Source: Bacillota bacterium
GTDB taxonomy: Bacteria; Bacillota; Ch66; Ch109
Length of the DNA: 64,000 nucleotides
Direction: 5' to 3'
Assembly: GCA_050952625.1 (NCBI GenBank)
Contig: JBMNLH010000004.1
Span: 288,001-352,000, forward strand
Position numbers and translations under genes: made by a program. Shown here piece after piece: positions 9,513 through 18,666 of the stretch (positions are counted from its first letter, which is position 1; each line of letters begins with the position of its first letter). The notes below the pieces were generated by a model. It saw only the letters and a program-made list of their open reading frames with translations. It was not told where the DNA came from and made no database searches.

Positions 9513-9814
9513 TACAACGGTTTGGAGAAGTCTTAAAAAGCAAGGGTATTATTCCAGAGAATATTATACTCTTTGGCTCTTATGCAAAGGGAACCGCATC
9601 AGAATACAGCGATATTGATTTAGTGATAGTTTCTCAGGATTTTGCGGGTCTTTCCCTAATCGAAAGATGTACTATTATGGGCCAAGCTATTGCTGAAATT
9701 ATGGAACCAATTGAGCCCCTTGCTTATACGCCAGAAGAGTTTGTTAGACTTTCCCCACATAGTGTTATAGGCTCCGTGATGAATGACCCGATGGAGCATC
9801 TGAAAATATATTAA
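9479..9814 (+). CDS. Minimal nucleotidyltransferase (MNT antitoxin)
   Basis: ILFGSYAKG...SDIDLVIVS motif; overlaps the HEPN gene. Confidence 0.9.
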   Translation: MHPERSQIEQIIQRFGEVLKSKGIIPENIILFGSYAKGTASEYSDIDLVIVSQDFAGLSLIERCTIMGQAIAEIMEPIEPLAYTPEEFVRLSPHSVIGSVMNDPMEHLKIY

Positions 9815-10047
9815 ATACTCGTGAAAAATTTAATACCTTGCGGACTCAGGGACCCGGTAGAGTATTACAATTCTATTGGGTTTTTTATTGTTTTAAGGTT
9901 GTAGTTTGTAACAATCATGCATTTATTTAAGAGAAAGGAGGAATGATTAGTGCCTAAGAAAAGTTTCGCCCTAACCCGCTTTTCTCCTGAAAATTCCATC
10001 GGATTTAGGATTTTGCTTTTTAAGGCAGGATAAGGGGCGCATACACA

Positions 10048-10111
10048 CACCTGGCAAAGCCAGGTGGGGTGCGGGTTTGAGCGGGATGCACTTGTCTTGA
10101 ACGGGATGCAC
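10048..10111. other. Candidate oriT-like site
   Basis: Hairpin CACCTGGC-AAA-GCCAGGTG (10048-10066) and CGGGATGCAC direct repeats (10082, 10102) directly upstream of an RHH relaxosome-accessory-like gene. Confidence 0.35.
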
Positions 10112-10170
10112 AAATGATGCTCCTATTTTATGGTAGTTTTTTATGAAGGGAGGGAGTTATTTCAGGTAAT

Positions 10171-10575
10171 ATGAGCAATAAATTCAAAAAAATGACCATT
10201 CATATTGACAATGAATCTTATCAACTATTGGTTACTTTGGCGGATAAACGAGGTGAATCTATATCAAAAATTGTTCGTCGGATTCTATATGAAAATCTAG
10301 AATCGCAAGTGGCACTAGAAGCCCAAGACGCACTTTTGTCTATCACGCGAAAAGCAGTTGCGCGGGAGCTGCGTATCGTGGAAGATCGTCTGGCCTCCCT
10401 TTCTGCAAAAGCGGCAATTACTTCTGCCTCGACAGAAAACTTAGTTTCTTATGTTCTTAAATTGCTCCATGAGCCAAACATTCCTGGGGTCAGGGACGCT
10501 TGCAGAAAAAGAGGGGTGGCATATGTACGAGAACCACTTAATCAGATAATGCAAGCTTACTCCTCCGAAGAATGA
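10171..10575 (+). CDS. RHH/CopG-like protein resembling relaxosome accessory proteins
   Basis: N-terminal MTIHIDNESYQLLVTLADKRGESISKIVRRIL ribbon-helix-helix pattern; helical C-terminus DRLASLSAKA...RKRGVAY. Confidence 0.65.
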   Translation: MSNKFKKMTIHIDNESYQLLVTLADKRGESISKIVRRILYENLESQVALEAQDALLSITRKAVARELRIVEDRLASLSAKAAITSASTENLVSYVLKLLHEPNIPGVRDACRKRGVAYVREPLNQIMQAYSSEE

Positions 10576-10785
10576 TCGATCGATATCTCTATGGCTTGGC
10601 CCGTTGAAGAGATTATGCCGGAAGAAGCAGCGGGAAATAGACGGGGCACGAGGCGAAAACCTGGAATTTAAACTAATCCCATTAAAAGCTTATTGGCGAG
10701 TTAAGTCCGGTTGGGTTTTAAAAAACTTAGTCGGGCTTTATTTTTTGTAGTCTGATTATCTCAATTATTGCAAAGGAAGTGAAAC

Positions 10786-11007
10786 ATGATGCAAGGGATG
10801 TTTTTGGAAAATGTAGTTGCAGAAAGACTAGGAGAACAAAAATATGTTTTATCGTTAAAAGCATTCGGCCCTAAAGACAGCGTTGAAATTGTTGCAAAAG
10901 ATGAAAAAAGCGGAAATGAGTTGTTTGTTATGACTGATCAAGAACCAGAGGAAACTAGAAAGAAATTAATTCAATGGATTAACGAAATCGAGATTATTCA
11001 ATATTGA
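10786..11007 (+). CDS. Hypothetical protein
   Basis: 73-aa ORF with RBS AAGGAAG. Confidence 0.55.
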   Translation: MMQGMFLENVVAERLGEQKYVLSLKAFGPKDSVEIVAKDEKSGNELFVMTDQEPEETRKKLIQWINEIEIIQY

Positions 11008-11167
11008 GTAAGCAAGCAGCTGGTCGGAAGAACTTGCTACAAGTGAGGCGAATGGCCTCTTAAACTGGGACAACTGATAAGGCTGGGAATTGTTGTCCAG
11101 TACTCGGCATCAGCACCTAGCACTGGAGACCGGCAGAATGTAGTATTACTGTTTCGAAGTTCGATTA

Positions 11168-12016
11168 TTATTTATTATTCTTTTTTGCCCGGTGGATTAT
11201 TTCTAAAACAGGCATTAGTTCTTGGGGCGATATATTAAATCGATTTGCTTTTTCAATTAATTTCACCCAGTCACCGAGTTTGTCTCCCGTTAAGTCCTCA
11301 ATCAATGACAGATTTAATCGTTTTTGCATAGCTTCCGGACGTAAATGAGGGTATTCTTCAAAAAAAATGGTCTCAAAAATATCGCTCAAATCATCAATGG
11401 TATTAATGCCTAGTTGTTTTAAACCTGATTTTTCAATAAAGACATTCTTATTAATGTAAGGATTATTGCTGAATATCAAATAGGGTGTATCGAGTAAAAC
11501 CAATGATTCTAATTTGCTAATAAGTTGCTGACGTTGTGAACTGTTTAGTAAATGATTATTAAATAAACGGTCAATAACTTCACGCAAAGTGATGGGCAGA
11601 TGATAATAACCATCGCTTTTTTTTTCAGCTTCGAGATATGTCCTGACAAGTTCTCGGACAGGGGCTAGTTCTTCTTCGGTCACTGCTTCGCTGCCAAAAT
11701 AAACTTGGCTTTGGAGGAGTTCATCGATCTCTTTGGGAGTTAGTTCATAATCTTTCTGATCAAATATACTAGGCCTTAACTTAAGATGTCCAGCGGCACC
11801 CATAAGGTCTTCATAAGTAATCCCGTTGTAAGCATTTTCGGCTAACTTTCTTATGGTTGCGGGTAAGGGAGCCGAATCAACTAATCCTCTAAGTAATCTA
11901 GATATATAACCAGGATCAACGTTACTTTGTAAACCATATTTATTAATTGATCGTGAGTGCCCCTTGGCTAATTTTAATAATCGCGCGAATTCAGCTTTAT
12001 TGAAATTTGGCATCAA
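11168..12016 (-). CDS. XRE-like repressor
   Basis: FNKAEFARLL...RSINKYGLQSNVDPGYISRLLRG...YEDLMGAAG HTH; divergent from a small HTH gene across repeated operators. Confidence 0.75.
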   Translation of the reverse strand: MMPNFNKAEFARLLKLAKGHSRSINKYGLQSNVDPGYISRLLRGLVDSAPLPATIRKLAENAYNGITYEDLMGAAGHLKLRPSIFDQKDYELTPKEIDELLQSQVYFGSEAVTEEELAPVRELVRTYLEAEKKSDGYYHLPITLREVIDRLFNNHLLNSSQRQQLISKLESLVLLDTPYLIFSNNPYINKNVFIEKSGLKQLGINTIDDLSDIFETIFFEEYPHLRPEAMQKRLNLSLIEDLTGDKLGDWVKLIEKANRFNISPQELMPVLEIIHRAKKNNK

Positions 12017-12069
12017 ACATATCCCCTAATAAATTAATCTTCTTGGCCATCTCTTATTGTACCCTCCTT

Positions 12070-12175
12070 ATTGCCAATAGACAATAAGAATAAAATTACA
12101 ATATTGTCAACAAACAAAGCTGGGACTTGACTTATTGTTAATAAACAACATATACTAGTATTGTTAATAAACAAT
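12070..12175. promoter_or_regulatory. Four operator repeats and a sigma-A promoter of a divergent switch
   Basis: ATTGYYAAYARACAA at 12070, 12103, 12134 and 12160; TTGACT-18-TATACT (12127-12156) brackets the third operator. Confidence 0.75.
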
Positions 12176-12177
12176 GG

Positions 12178-12384
12178 TTGTGTGAGGTGAATATTTTGAA
12201 GATGAAAATTAACGTTGATACATTGCGTGAATTAATTAGAACAGAATTTAATAACTCAGCACCTCTAGCAGCAAAGACTCTCGGGATTGATTATTCACAT
12301 CTCTATAGAATTCTAAAAGGTGAAAAAGATGGGGGGGCTAAAATCTTGGGAGGTTTGTTTTTTTATTGCAAAAAAAAAATTTAA
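12178..12384 (+). CDS. Cro-like HTH protein, C-terminus possibly clipped by an A10 slip
   Basis: LAAKTLGIDYSHLYRILKGEKDGGAK HTH; likely start nearer 12196-12202; A10 tract at 12370-12379. Confidence 0.7.
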   Translation: MCEVNILKMKINVDTLRELIRTEFNNSAPLAAKTLGIDYSHLYRILKGEKDGGAKILGGLFFYCKKKI

Positions 12385-12444
12385 ACTTTAATGATTATAT
12401 TTATTAATATTTTTAAAGTATCAGTATTTTTAAAGGTGGTAATT

Positions 12445-12725
12445 ATGAGATATAAACTACGTGCATTGCGGCTTATCTTAAAAGAAAACTGACGTTAAAT
12501 CAAGTCGCTAACATTTACAGCCCCGTTTTGCTTTCAGAGCGGAGAGAATATTCTTCGCCCGAAATTGCCAAATGTTTGCTCTGCCAAGGATTAACACCCA
12601 TTCAAATAGCAAAGATCTTTAACAAAAAGGAAATTAGAAAACAAGTTAAAAGGATAAAACAGAAGAGGGAAAGTCTGACAAAACACCTACAAAAATGGGT
12701 TATGGCGAAGTACACCCAAAATTGA
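12445..12725 (+). pseudogene. Frameshifted hypothetical gene
   Basis: RBS AAAGGTGG and ATG near 12445 give a short frame stopping near 12492, while another frame continues into ORF 12528-12725. Confidence 0.4.
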
Positions 12726-12730
12726 CAGTT

Positions 12731-13240
12731 TTATTTCATTTTTCGCTTATTTGACTTAGTTTTATCAAGCACCTGAATTTGGATGTCGTGTGTTTCTATC
12801 TTGGATTCGATCCGTTCAAGCGCAGCTAAAACACGTTCATTAACATCAGTCTGAATTGCCTGTAAGTCAAACAAAGCCTGAACTTTATCGATTACTTCAT
12901 TTTCCATTCGCAATTCAAGTCTATCAACTCTGGATTCTAATTTATCCATACGGGAATTGAGGGTTAGTGAGTTTTCGGCTAAGAAATCCACCTGGGCCTG
13001 AAGTGCCTTTTGGCCTTGTTCAAGCGACCGTTGACCCTGCTCAAGGGAACCGACCTGGGCCTGGAGTTCGTTTTGACCTTGCTCAAGCGACTGTTGGCCC
13101 TGCTCAAGGGAAGCAACTTGAGTCTGAAGTGCCTTTTGGCCCTGCTCAAGCGAACCAACCTGAGTTTGAAGCGACTTTTGGCCTTCAGCCAGTGCTTGGA
13201 GTTGTTGCAGCACAAGCTCCTGGAATTTGCCGTTATCCAT
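12731..13240 (-). CDS. Coiled-coil heptad-repeat protein
   Basis: Repeated SLEQGQKALQTQV heptads, mirrored by CCTGCTCAAG DNA repeats at multiples of 21 bp; RBS AAGGGGG. Confidence 0.75.
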   Translation of the reverse strand: MDNGKFQELVLQQLQALAEGQKSLQTQVGSLEQGQKALQTQVASLEQGQQSLEQGQNELQAQVGSLEQGQRSLEQGQKALQAQVDFLAENSLTLNSRMDKLESRVDRLELRMENEVIDKVQALFDLQAIQTDVNERVLAALERIESKIETHDIQIQVLDKTKSNKRKMK

Positions 13241-13293
13241 GGATTAATCCCCCTTTTTGACCAGGATAGGTCCGTGCTTTTTCACAGTTAAAG

Positions 13294-13608
13294 TTAACTA
13301 TTATCATCAAACTTCATCGTATCTAAAAGGTGCTGTAATGCCTCTCTTTGCTTCGGTGACAATTCTTTAGCCGTATCCAGTAAACGCCGTAAGTCGGGAG
13401 GAATATCAGGTTTATCTGTAGCAAAGAATTCAGCTAAGGTAATACCAAGAGCCTGGCAGATACGCCGGAGGGTATCCAGCGAAGGCTCTTTAACGTTACG
13501 CTCTAATTCGCTTAGGTAAATCCTTGATATTCCAACTATTTTTGCAAAATTAGTTATTGTGTATCCCAGGGCTTCTCTTAACTCCCTAATACGAGTGCCG
13601 ATTTTCAT
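13294..13608 (-). CDS. XRE-family HTH regulator
   Basis: IGTRIRELRE...VGISRIYLSELERNVKEPSLDTLRRICQALGITLAEFF. Confidence 0.9.
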   Translation of the reverse strand: MKIGTRIRELREALGYTITNFAKIVGISRIYLSELERNVKEPSLDTLRRICQALGITLAEFFATDKPDIPPDLRRLLDTAKELSPKQREALQHLLDTMKFDDNS

Positions 13609-13894
13609 TGCAATCCCTCTTTAAATGTAAACTGGTAGTTTACCTTAGATAATATTTCAAATTTAATGATTGGTCAAGGTAGTAGAAGATATTAAAGGAT
13701 ATTGCCCAATCATAAACAATTATGAAAGCTGACAGCATATGACAATTATTGATATTCAAATGCTAATAGCTTACAATGTAGCAGGGGGTTATTTAATGTT
13801 TAGAATAAAAAAATTAAGAATAGATGCAAGTCTTACTCAGGAAAAGTTAGCTAGAAAGGTTGGTATTTCAAGAATTTATTTATCAGAATTAGAA

Positions 13895-15764
13895 CCCGCA
13901 TTCGGCATGTCAAAACTTTACAGAAAAAATATTTAAAAAATGTCCAGTATCTGGCAGGGACCGGTAAATTTATGTCGAATATAACTCTCTAAGATATTTC
14001 TTTGGGAGTTGATTCGATTGTCAATATTTGCTGGGATTAAGACCCTTAAACCAATGGCTGTTCCGGTAGTCACCAAGCTCTGTCGTCTAGCTAAGATTCG
14101 GGAACTGGTTAACGAGATAGTATTATGGAGAGAAGATAATTCTAAAATCTCTCCGGGTCTCCTGATCGAAACCCTCATTATTAGTATCTTCTGCGGCCGG
14201 ATGCCTTTATGGAAAGTGCATCAATTTTGGGCTGAGCAGGATTTATCTAACCTGTTTCCCGATGTGGAATTATCAATTGATCAGCTTAACGAACATGCCT
14301 ACGGCCGGGCCTTAGATAAACTAGCTGAAGTTGATTTGAACAAACTGATCAGTTTGGTATCCTTGGTGATGCTTGATATTCACAATTTAGATATCTCCAC
14401 GGTTCATCTAGATACTACTTCCATATCGGTCGAAGGAATCTATGATGTAGAGCCATACAACGATTTTACGATTAATAGAGGCCACAGTAAGGATCTGCGC
14501 CCGGACCTTAAACAATTCAAAATTGGGGCTGCAGTGCAACAAAACGGCCAAGTAGTCATGGGTGAAATGCTCTCTGGGAACAAATCTGATAACAAATGGA
14601 ACCCGGAAGCAGCCTTGAAAATGAAAGAGTTCTTTGATACCCAAGGTTATCGGGATGTCGTTTTTGTTGGTGACTGTGCCCTGATCTCTAACGAATCTTT
14701 AGCCAATCTGACCAAGCAGCACGTTCAGTTTATCTCTCGACTGCCGGAAACCTATAACCTGGCGAAAGAACTAAAAACACTGGCCTGGGCCGAAAACTCC
14801 TGGCATGACATTGGGATAGTCAGTGAAACCAACTCGAAAAAGGCTTCTCACTACCGAACCTATTTGGTCCATCATGAACTGGAAGGACACACTTATGATT
14901 TTGTGGTAGTTCACTCCTCTTCCCTGGAAGCCCAGAAAGAAAAGACCTTACAAAAACGGATCGGGAAGCAAAAAGAGGAGTTAATTAAACAGAGTAAAGG
15001 CTTAAAAACTAAGGCTTTTGCCTGTGAACCTGATGCCCAGGCTGCTTTAGATGTCTTCCTTCAAGAATGCCAGCGAAAAGGCTTTGAGGTTCAAGGAACG
15101 GTTCAGATCTGCGTCAAAAAGTCTTACGGTCACCGAGGAAAACCCCGCAATGGAGAAGAACCGACGATTACCACGACATATCACGCTGAAGTCAGTGTTG
15201 GCGATATAAAACCAGAGGTTTACCAGTACCTGCTCCAAATGGAATCTACCTTCGTGCTGATCGCCAATGTGAAAGATCGTCAAAAATACGATGATCAAGG
15301 GATTTTATTAGAGTATAAACGGCAGATCTCAATTGAAACCAAGTTTCGATTCCTCAAAAACCGCGTATATTTAGGCCCAGTATACTTGGAAAACCCGAAG
15401 CGAATTTATGCGCTAGGCTACGTGTTTATCCTGGTCTTACTGCTGGCTTCCTACCTGGAGTACCGAGTTCGCAAGGCCCTAAAGGAACGAGGAGAAGCAG
15501 TGAAATTACCGGGAAACAAAAGTACAGACAGACCTTCAGTGCAAACTATACTGGAAGTATTGGGTACTATTCAAACAGTAAGTATTCAGGGTCAGAGATA
15601 TTTTCCGGATAATGTTAACCGTCAAGCTTTAAATATGGTCCGTTGGGCCGGGTTTAACCCGGAAGAAATCTATCTCAAACCGATATCACTAAACGCATAA
15701 TTTGTGGAAATAGTTTCCTTTTGTTATAAATCAAAAAGGTTTAGGGCGACATGATGAACATGGG
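13895..15764 (+). mobile_element. IS1634-family insertion sequence (1870 bp)
   Basis: 6-bp TSD TTAGAA at 13889-13894 and 15765-15770; imperfect terminal IRs CCCGCATTCGGCATGTC / rc CCCATGTTCATCATGTC. Confidence 0.88.
14009..15700 (+). CDS. IS1634-family DDE transposase
   Basis: HLDTTSISVEG, RGHSKDLRPDLKQ, GNKSD, FVGDCAL and EYKRQISIETKFRFLK motifs. Confidence 0.9.
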   Translation: MIRLSIFAGIKTLKPMAVPVVTKLCRLAKIRELVNEIVLWREDNSKISPGLLIETLIISIFCGRMPLWKVHQFWAEQDLSNLFPDVELSIDQLNEHAYGRALDKLAEVDLNKLISLVSLVMLDIHNLDISTVHLDTTSISVEGIYDVEPYNDFTINRGHSKDLRPDLKQFKIGAAVQQNGQVVMGEMLSGNKSDNKWNPEAALKMKEFFDTQGYRDVVFVGDCALISNESLANLTKQHVQFISRLPETYNLAKELKTLAWAENSWHDIGIVSETNSKKASHYRTYLVHHELEGHTYDFVVVHSSSLEAQKEKTLQKRIGKQKEELIKQSKGLKTKAFACEPDAQAALDVFLQECQRKGFEVQGTVQICVKKSYGHRGKPRNGEEPTITTTYHAEVSVGDIKPEVYQYLLQMESTFVLIANVKDRQKYDDQGILLEYKRQISIETKFRFLKNRVYLGPVYLENPKRIYALGYVFILVLLLASYLEYRVRKALKERGEAVKLPGNKSTDRPSVQTILEVLGTIQTVSIQGQRYFPDNVNRQALNMVRWAGFNPEEIYLKPISLNA

Positions 15765-16286
15765 TTAGAAAATGGACGCAAAAATAATCCTTCAACAAAG
15801 ACTTTGCAAAAAATAGCCAAAGCCCTAGGGGTTTCAGTAACTGAATTGTTCAATGAACTTAATACAGGGGCTACTGGTGCGGATACATAATAGTTTCTAC
15901 TTTATTATAAAGCAGGCAACCAAACTTTACCAGCAATTCCAAGCGAATATGTAATCCTCGGGATCGACATCAGAGAACAGCAGCATGGCCACCCGACCAC
16001 ATTGATGCTGTTGACTAAAGTGCGATCTTTTTTTACTTTGAGCTGGGGTTAAGCAGTTAAACAAAAGCTAGCTCTAAAAAGCTGTTGGTTTATCTGATTG
16101 ATACCGGCAGCACCTGAACGTTGAAAACTTAATAAAGGGTTTGAATAGGACTGACACTCCACGGTTATCCTCGAAAACCGGCCGCTCGTTAGGGCTTAAG
16201 AGAAATTCAGCCTGGGGTTTTGGACCCCAATAACGCGCGTTACAATTTTATTTTATCTTCCCGAAAGATTATAAAGGGGGTATTTT

Positions 16287-16595
16287 GTGGCGGTTATTAT
16301 TTGCACAAAACCCCAAACGGGAAAATACTACAAATACCAGGATAAGGAAGATTTGACTGTTAGTGATATTAAGAACTTGGCTTTTGTATACGCTAGTAGT
16401 TGCTTAAGCGATAAAGAAGCCATTGTCGAGTTGGTATACACGAAAACAAGATTAATGGGAATAAGTTTGCTGGCTGAATATCTTATACTATTTAATGTCA
16501 CTTTCGATTTCTTTTTTTGGGAAAGCAAACTACAAAAGCTTTTTGAAGAAAAAAAGAAGATCAGTAAAAGGCGGCGATCCCAACCCGCTAAATAA
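16287..16595 (+). CDS. Hypothetical protein
   Basis: RBS AAAGGGGG, 102-aa ORF. Confidence 0.55.
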   Translation: MAVIICTKPQTGKYYKYQDKEDLTVSDIKNLAFVYASSCLSDKEAIVELVYTKTRLMGISLLAEYLILFNVTFDFFFWESKLQKLFEEKKKISKRRRSQPAK

Positions 16596-16934
16596 CGATG
16601 GAAATAAAAATACAGGAAGCTCATTTAACGATATTCGTTAATTGGCCTTATGGAATGCAAGTTAAAAGGATAAAACAGAAGAGAGAAAGTCTGACAAAAC
16701 ACCCGGAAAAATGGGGCATGGCGAAGCACGCCCAAAATCGCAACAGAATTTGAACCTTGAGAACTTAATAGAGGGTTAGCCTGGTTTCCTCGAAAACCTG
16801 AGCCGCCTGCTGTGGCGTACTGGGCCTCATTAAGCCCCTGCTTGTTTATAATTGAACATTAAAGCAGAAGAGAATACTCCGCCTGGGGTTTTAACCCTAA
16901 ACAGTATGCGTTACAATCTTGGTGTATTATTATG

Positions 16935-16962
16935 GTCCTCAGTTTTAGCTGAGGGCTTTTTT
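16935..16962 (+). terminator. Rho-independent terminator
   Basis: GTCCTCAG-TTTTAG-CTGAGGGC hairpin followed by T6. Confidence 0.65.
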
Positions 16963-16971
16963 ATTTAGTAA

Positions 16972-18510
16972 CTCAACTTTCGCAGTTGATTGATTAATAT
17001 ACTTCTGGTAATTTGAAATTTTGGAACAAAATAAAACAAAGCACCATATTTTCCTGGCATAATGAAGGTAACCACACCCAAAATTATGAGAGGATGGTGC
17101 TTTGCTTGACCTCCATTTTACCAGATCTTTACGAAAAAATCCAAGTTCAATCCAGAATAGCTCAGTTCATAAAAAGGTTTAATGTTCTTAGATTAATGAA
17201 AGAATCCGGATTTAAAAAGGCAAAAGGGGTTTCCTTAGTTAGCATTATCAAATTTCTAGTATCTTTGGTCTTTACCCATAAGAATTTGTTCCGAACTATG
17301 CAGCCTGGCAATGATCCAATGCCTTTTGCCAAAGATACTACATATCGGTTCCTAAACGATCCTCGTTCGGATTGGCGTCTACTGCAATTAAAATTGGGTG
17401 CAGGAATAATTAAACAGGATCTAAATTCATTAACTTCGGAAAAACGCGTCCGTGCTTTAGTTATCGACGATAGTTCCTATTATCGAGATAGAAGCAAGAA
17501 GGTAGAATTGCTTGCCCGAGTTAAGGACCACGTCACTGGTCGATACTTTAAGGGTTTTCGTAAACTAACTGCAGGATGGACTGACGGTGCCACTTTTATC
17601 CCTTTGGCCTTTTCTCTACTGAGTTCAACAAAAGCAGAAAATCGTCTTTATGAGCAGGGACCCCGGGTTCCTAAAGGTTCTCCAGGGGAACTACGACGTA
17701 AGGAAGCCGTGCAGTCAGGAACCTCATTATTATTGGATTTATTGGACCAGATTTTAGAACACGTTCAGGAGTTTCAATATGTTCTTTTTGACAGTTGGTT
17801 TAGCTGGCCGGATGTAATTAAAGGAGTAAAAGAACGTCAACGTGATGTGATTTGCATGCTTAAGGACATGCCGAAAATTAGTTATACCTATCAGGGCCAA
17901 ACCTTCCGTTTATCGGAATTATACAAAGTGGCTGCTAAACAATGTCAGAAGAAATCGTACATTGCGTCTGTGGTTGTTGATTACTACGAAGTTCCAGTAC
18001 GGATTGTCTTCGTACGTAATCGTAACAGCAGCCATAAACGTGAATGGCTGGCTTTATTGTCAACCAATTTAGAGGTAACTGAAGAAGAAATTATTCGGAT
18101 CTACGGCCTTCGTTGGGACATTGAAGTTTACTTCAAGATGTGTAAATCGTTTTTACGCTTAGCAAAAGAATTTCAGTCCCGTACCTATGATACTATGTTT
18201 GCTCACACTGCCATTGTTTCTATCCGCTACATGATATTAGCCATTGAGAACCGTGAAGGCAAAGATAGCCGAGCTAACGGAGAACTTTTTTACCTGTTTT
18301 GCGATGAGGTGGCAGATCTTGATTTTACTCAGGCTTTTTTGTATATTCTAGATTTGTTTACAAAGACACTCCGAGAAAATCTTTTTCTGTCTGACGCTAT
18401 GGTTAATCAGATCTTATCTTCATTTATGGATAAGCTGCCCAGTTTTATTAAAAATCGGTTGCGGCTTAATGCTACTTAAAAGAGTGGATTTGTCAACTGC
18501 GAAAGTTGAG
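16972..18510 (+). mobile_element. IS4-family insertion sequence (ISPepr1-like, 1539 bp)
   Basis: Perfect 18-bp terminal IR CTCAACTTTCGCAGTTGA; 7-bp TSD TTAGTAA at 16965-16971 and 18511-18517. Confidence 0.9.
17013..18479 (+). CDS. IS4-family DDE transposase (real start probably ~17093-17106)
   Basis: LVIDDS, VLFDSWF and YGLRWDIEVYFK (Y-R-W-E-K) motifs. Confidence 0.9.
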   Translation: MKFWNKIKQSTIFSWHNEGNHTQNYERMVLCLTSILPDLYEKIQVQSRIAQFIKRFNVLRLMKESGFKKAKGVSLVSIIKFLVSLVFTHKNLFRTMQPGNDPMPFAKDTTYRFLNDPRSDWRLLQLKLGAGIIKQDLNSLTSEKRVRALVIDDSSYYRDRSKKVELLARVKDHVTGRYFKGFRKLTAGWTDGATFIPLAFSLLSSTKAENRLYEQGPRVPKGSPGELRRKEAVQSGTSLLLDLLDQILEHVQEFQYVLFDSWFSWPDVIKGVKERQRDVICMLKDMPKISYTYQGQTFRLSELYKVAAKQCQKKSYIASVVVDYYEVPVRIVFVRNRNSSHKREWLALLSTNLEVTEEEIIRIYGLRWDIEVYFKMCKSFLRLAKEFQSRTYDTMFAHTAIVSIRYMILAIENREGKDSRANGELFYLFCDEVADLDFTQAFLYILDLFTKTLRENLFLSDAMVNQILSSFMDKLPSFIKNRLRLNAT

Positions 18511-18666
18511 TTAGTAAATTTAAAAATTATTAATAAACATTGTCAGGAATCAATAGCTGGGAGGACATCTTTTTAATTATGTATAAACAGGTTACAAAGG
18601 GGTGATTCCGGAATAGAAACATAGTTTAGTAGTTTAGATTTAAAATGGATTCGAGGAGGAAAAAAC

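Larger units (their letters stand above)
13796..15890 (+). pseudogene. 72-aa XRE/Cro-like HTH gene split by IS1634
   Basis: 13796-13894 (MFRIKK...YLSELE) joins in frame to 15771-15890 (NGRKNNPSTKTLQKIAKALGVSVTELF...) once the IS and one TSD copy are removed. Confidence 0.9.

Noticed and set aside
12967-13291. Several overlapping repetitive ORFs
   Set aside because: Alternative frames kept open by the 21-bp-periodic heptad repeats of the 12731-13240 gene.
13739-13936. 65-aa ORF as an intact gene
   Set aside because: Its C-terminus (PAFGMSKLYRKNI) is IS1634 left-end sequence; the real gene starts at 13796 and continues at 15771.
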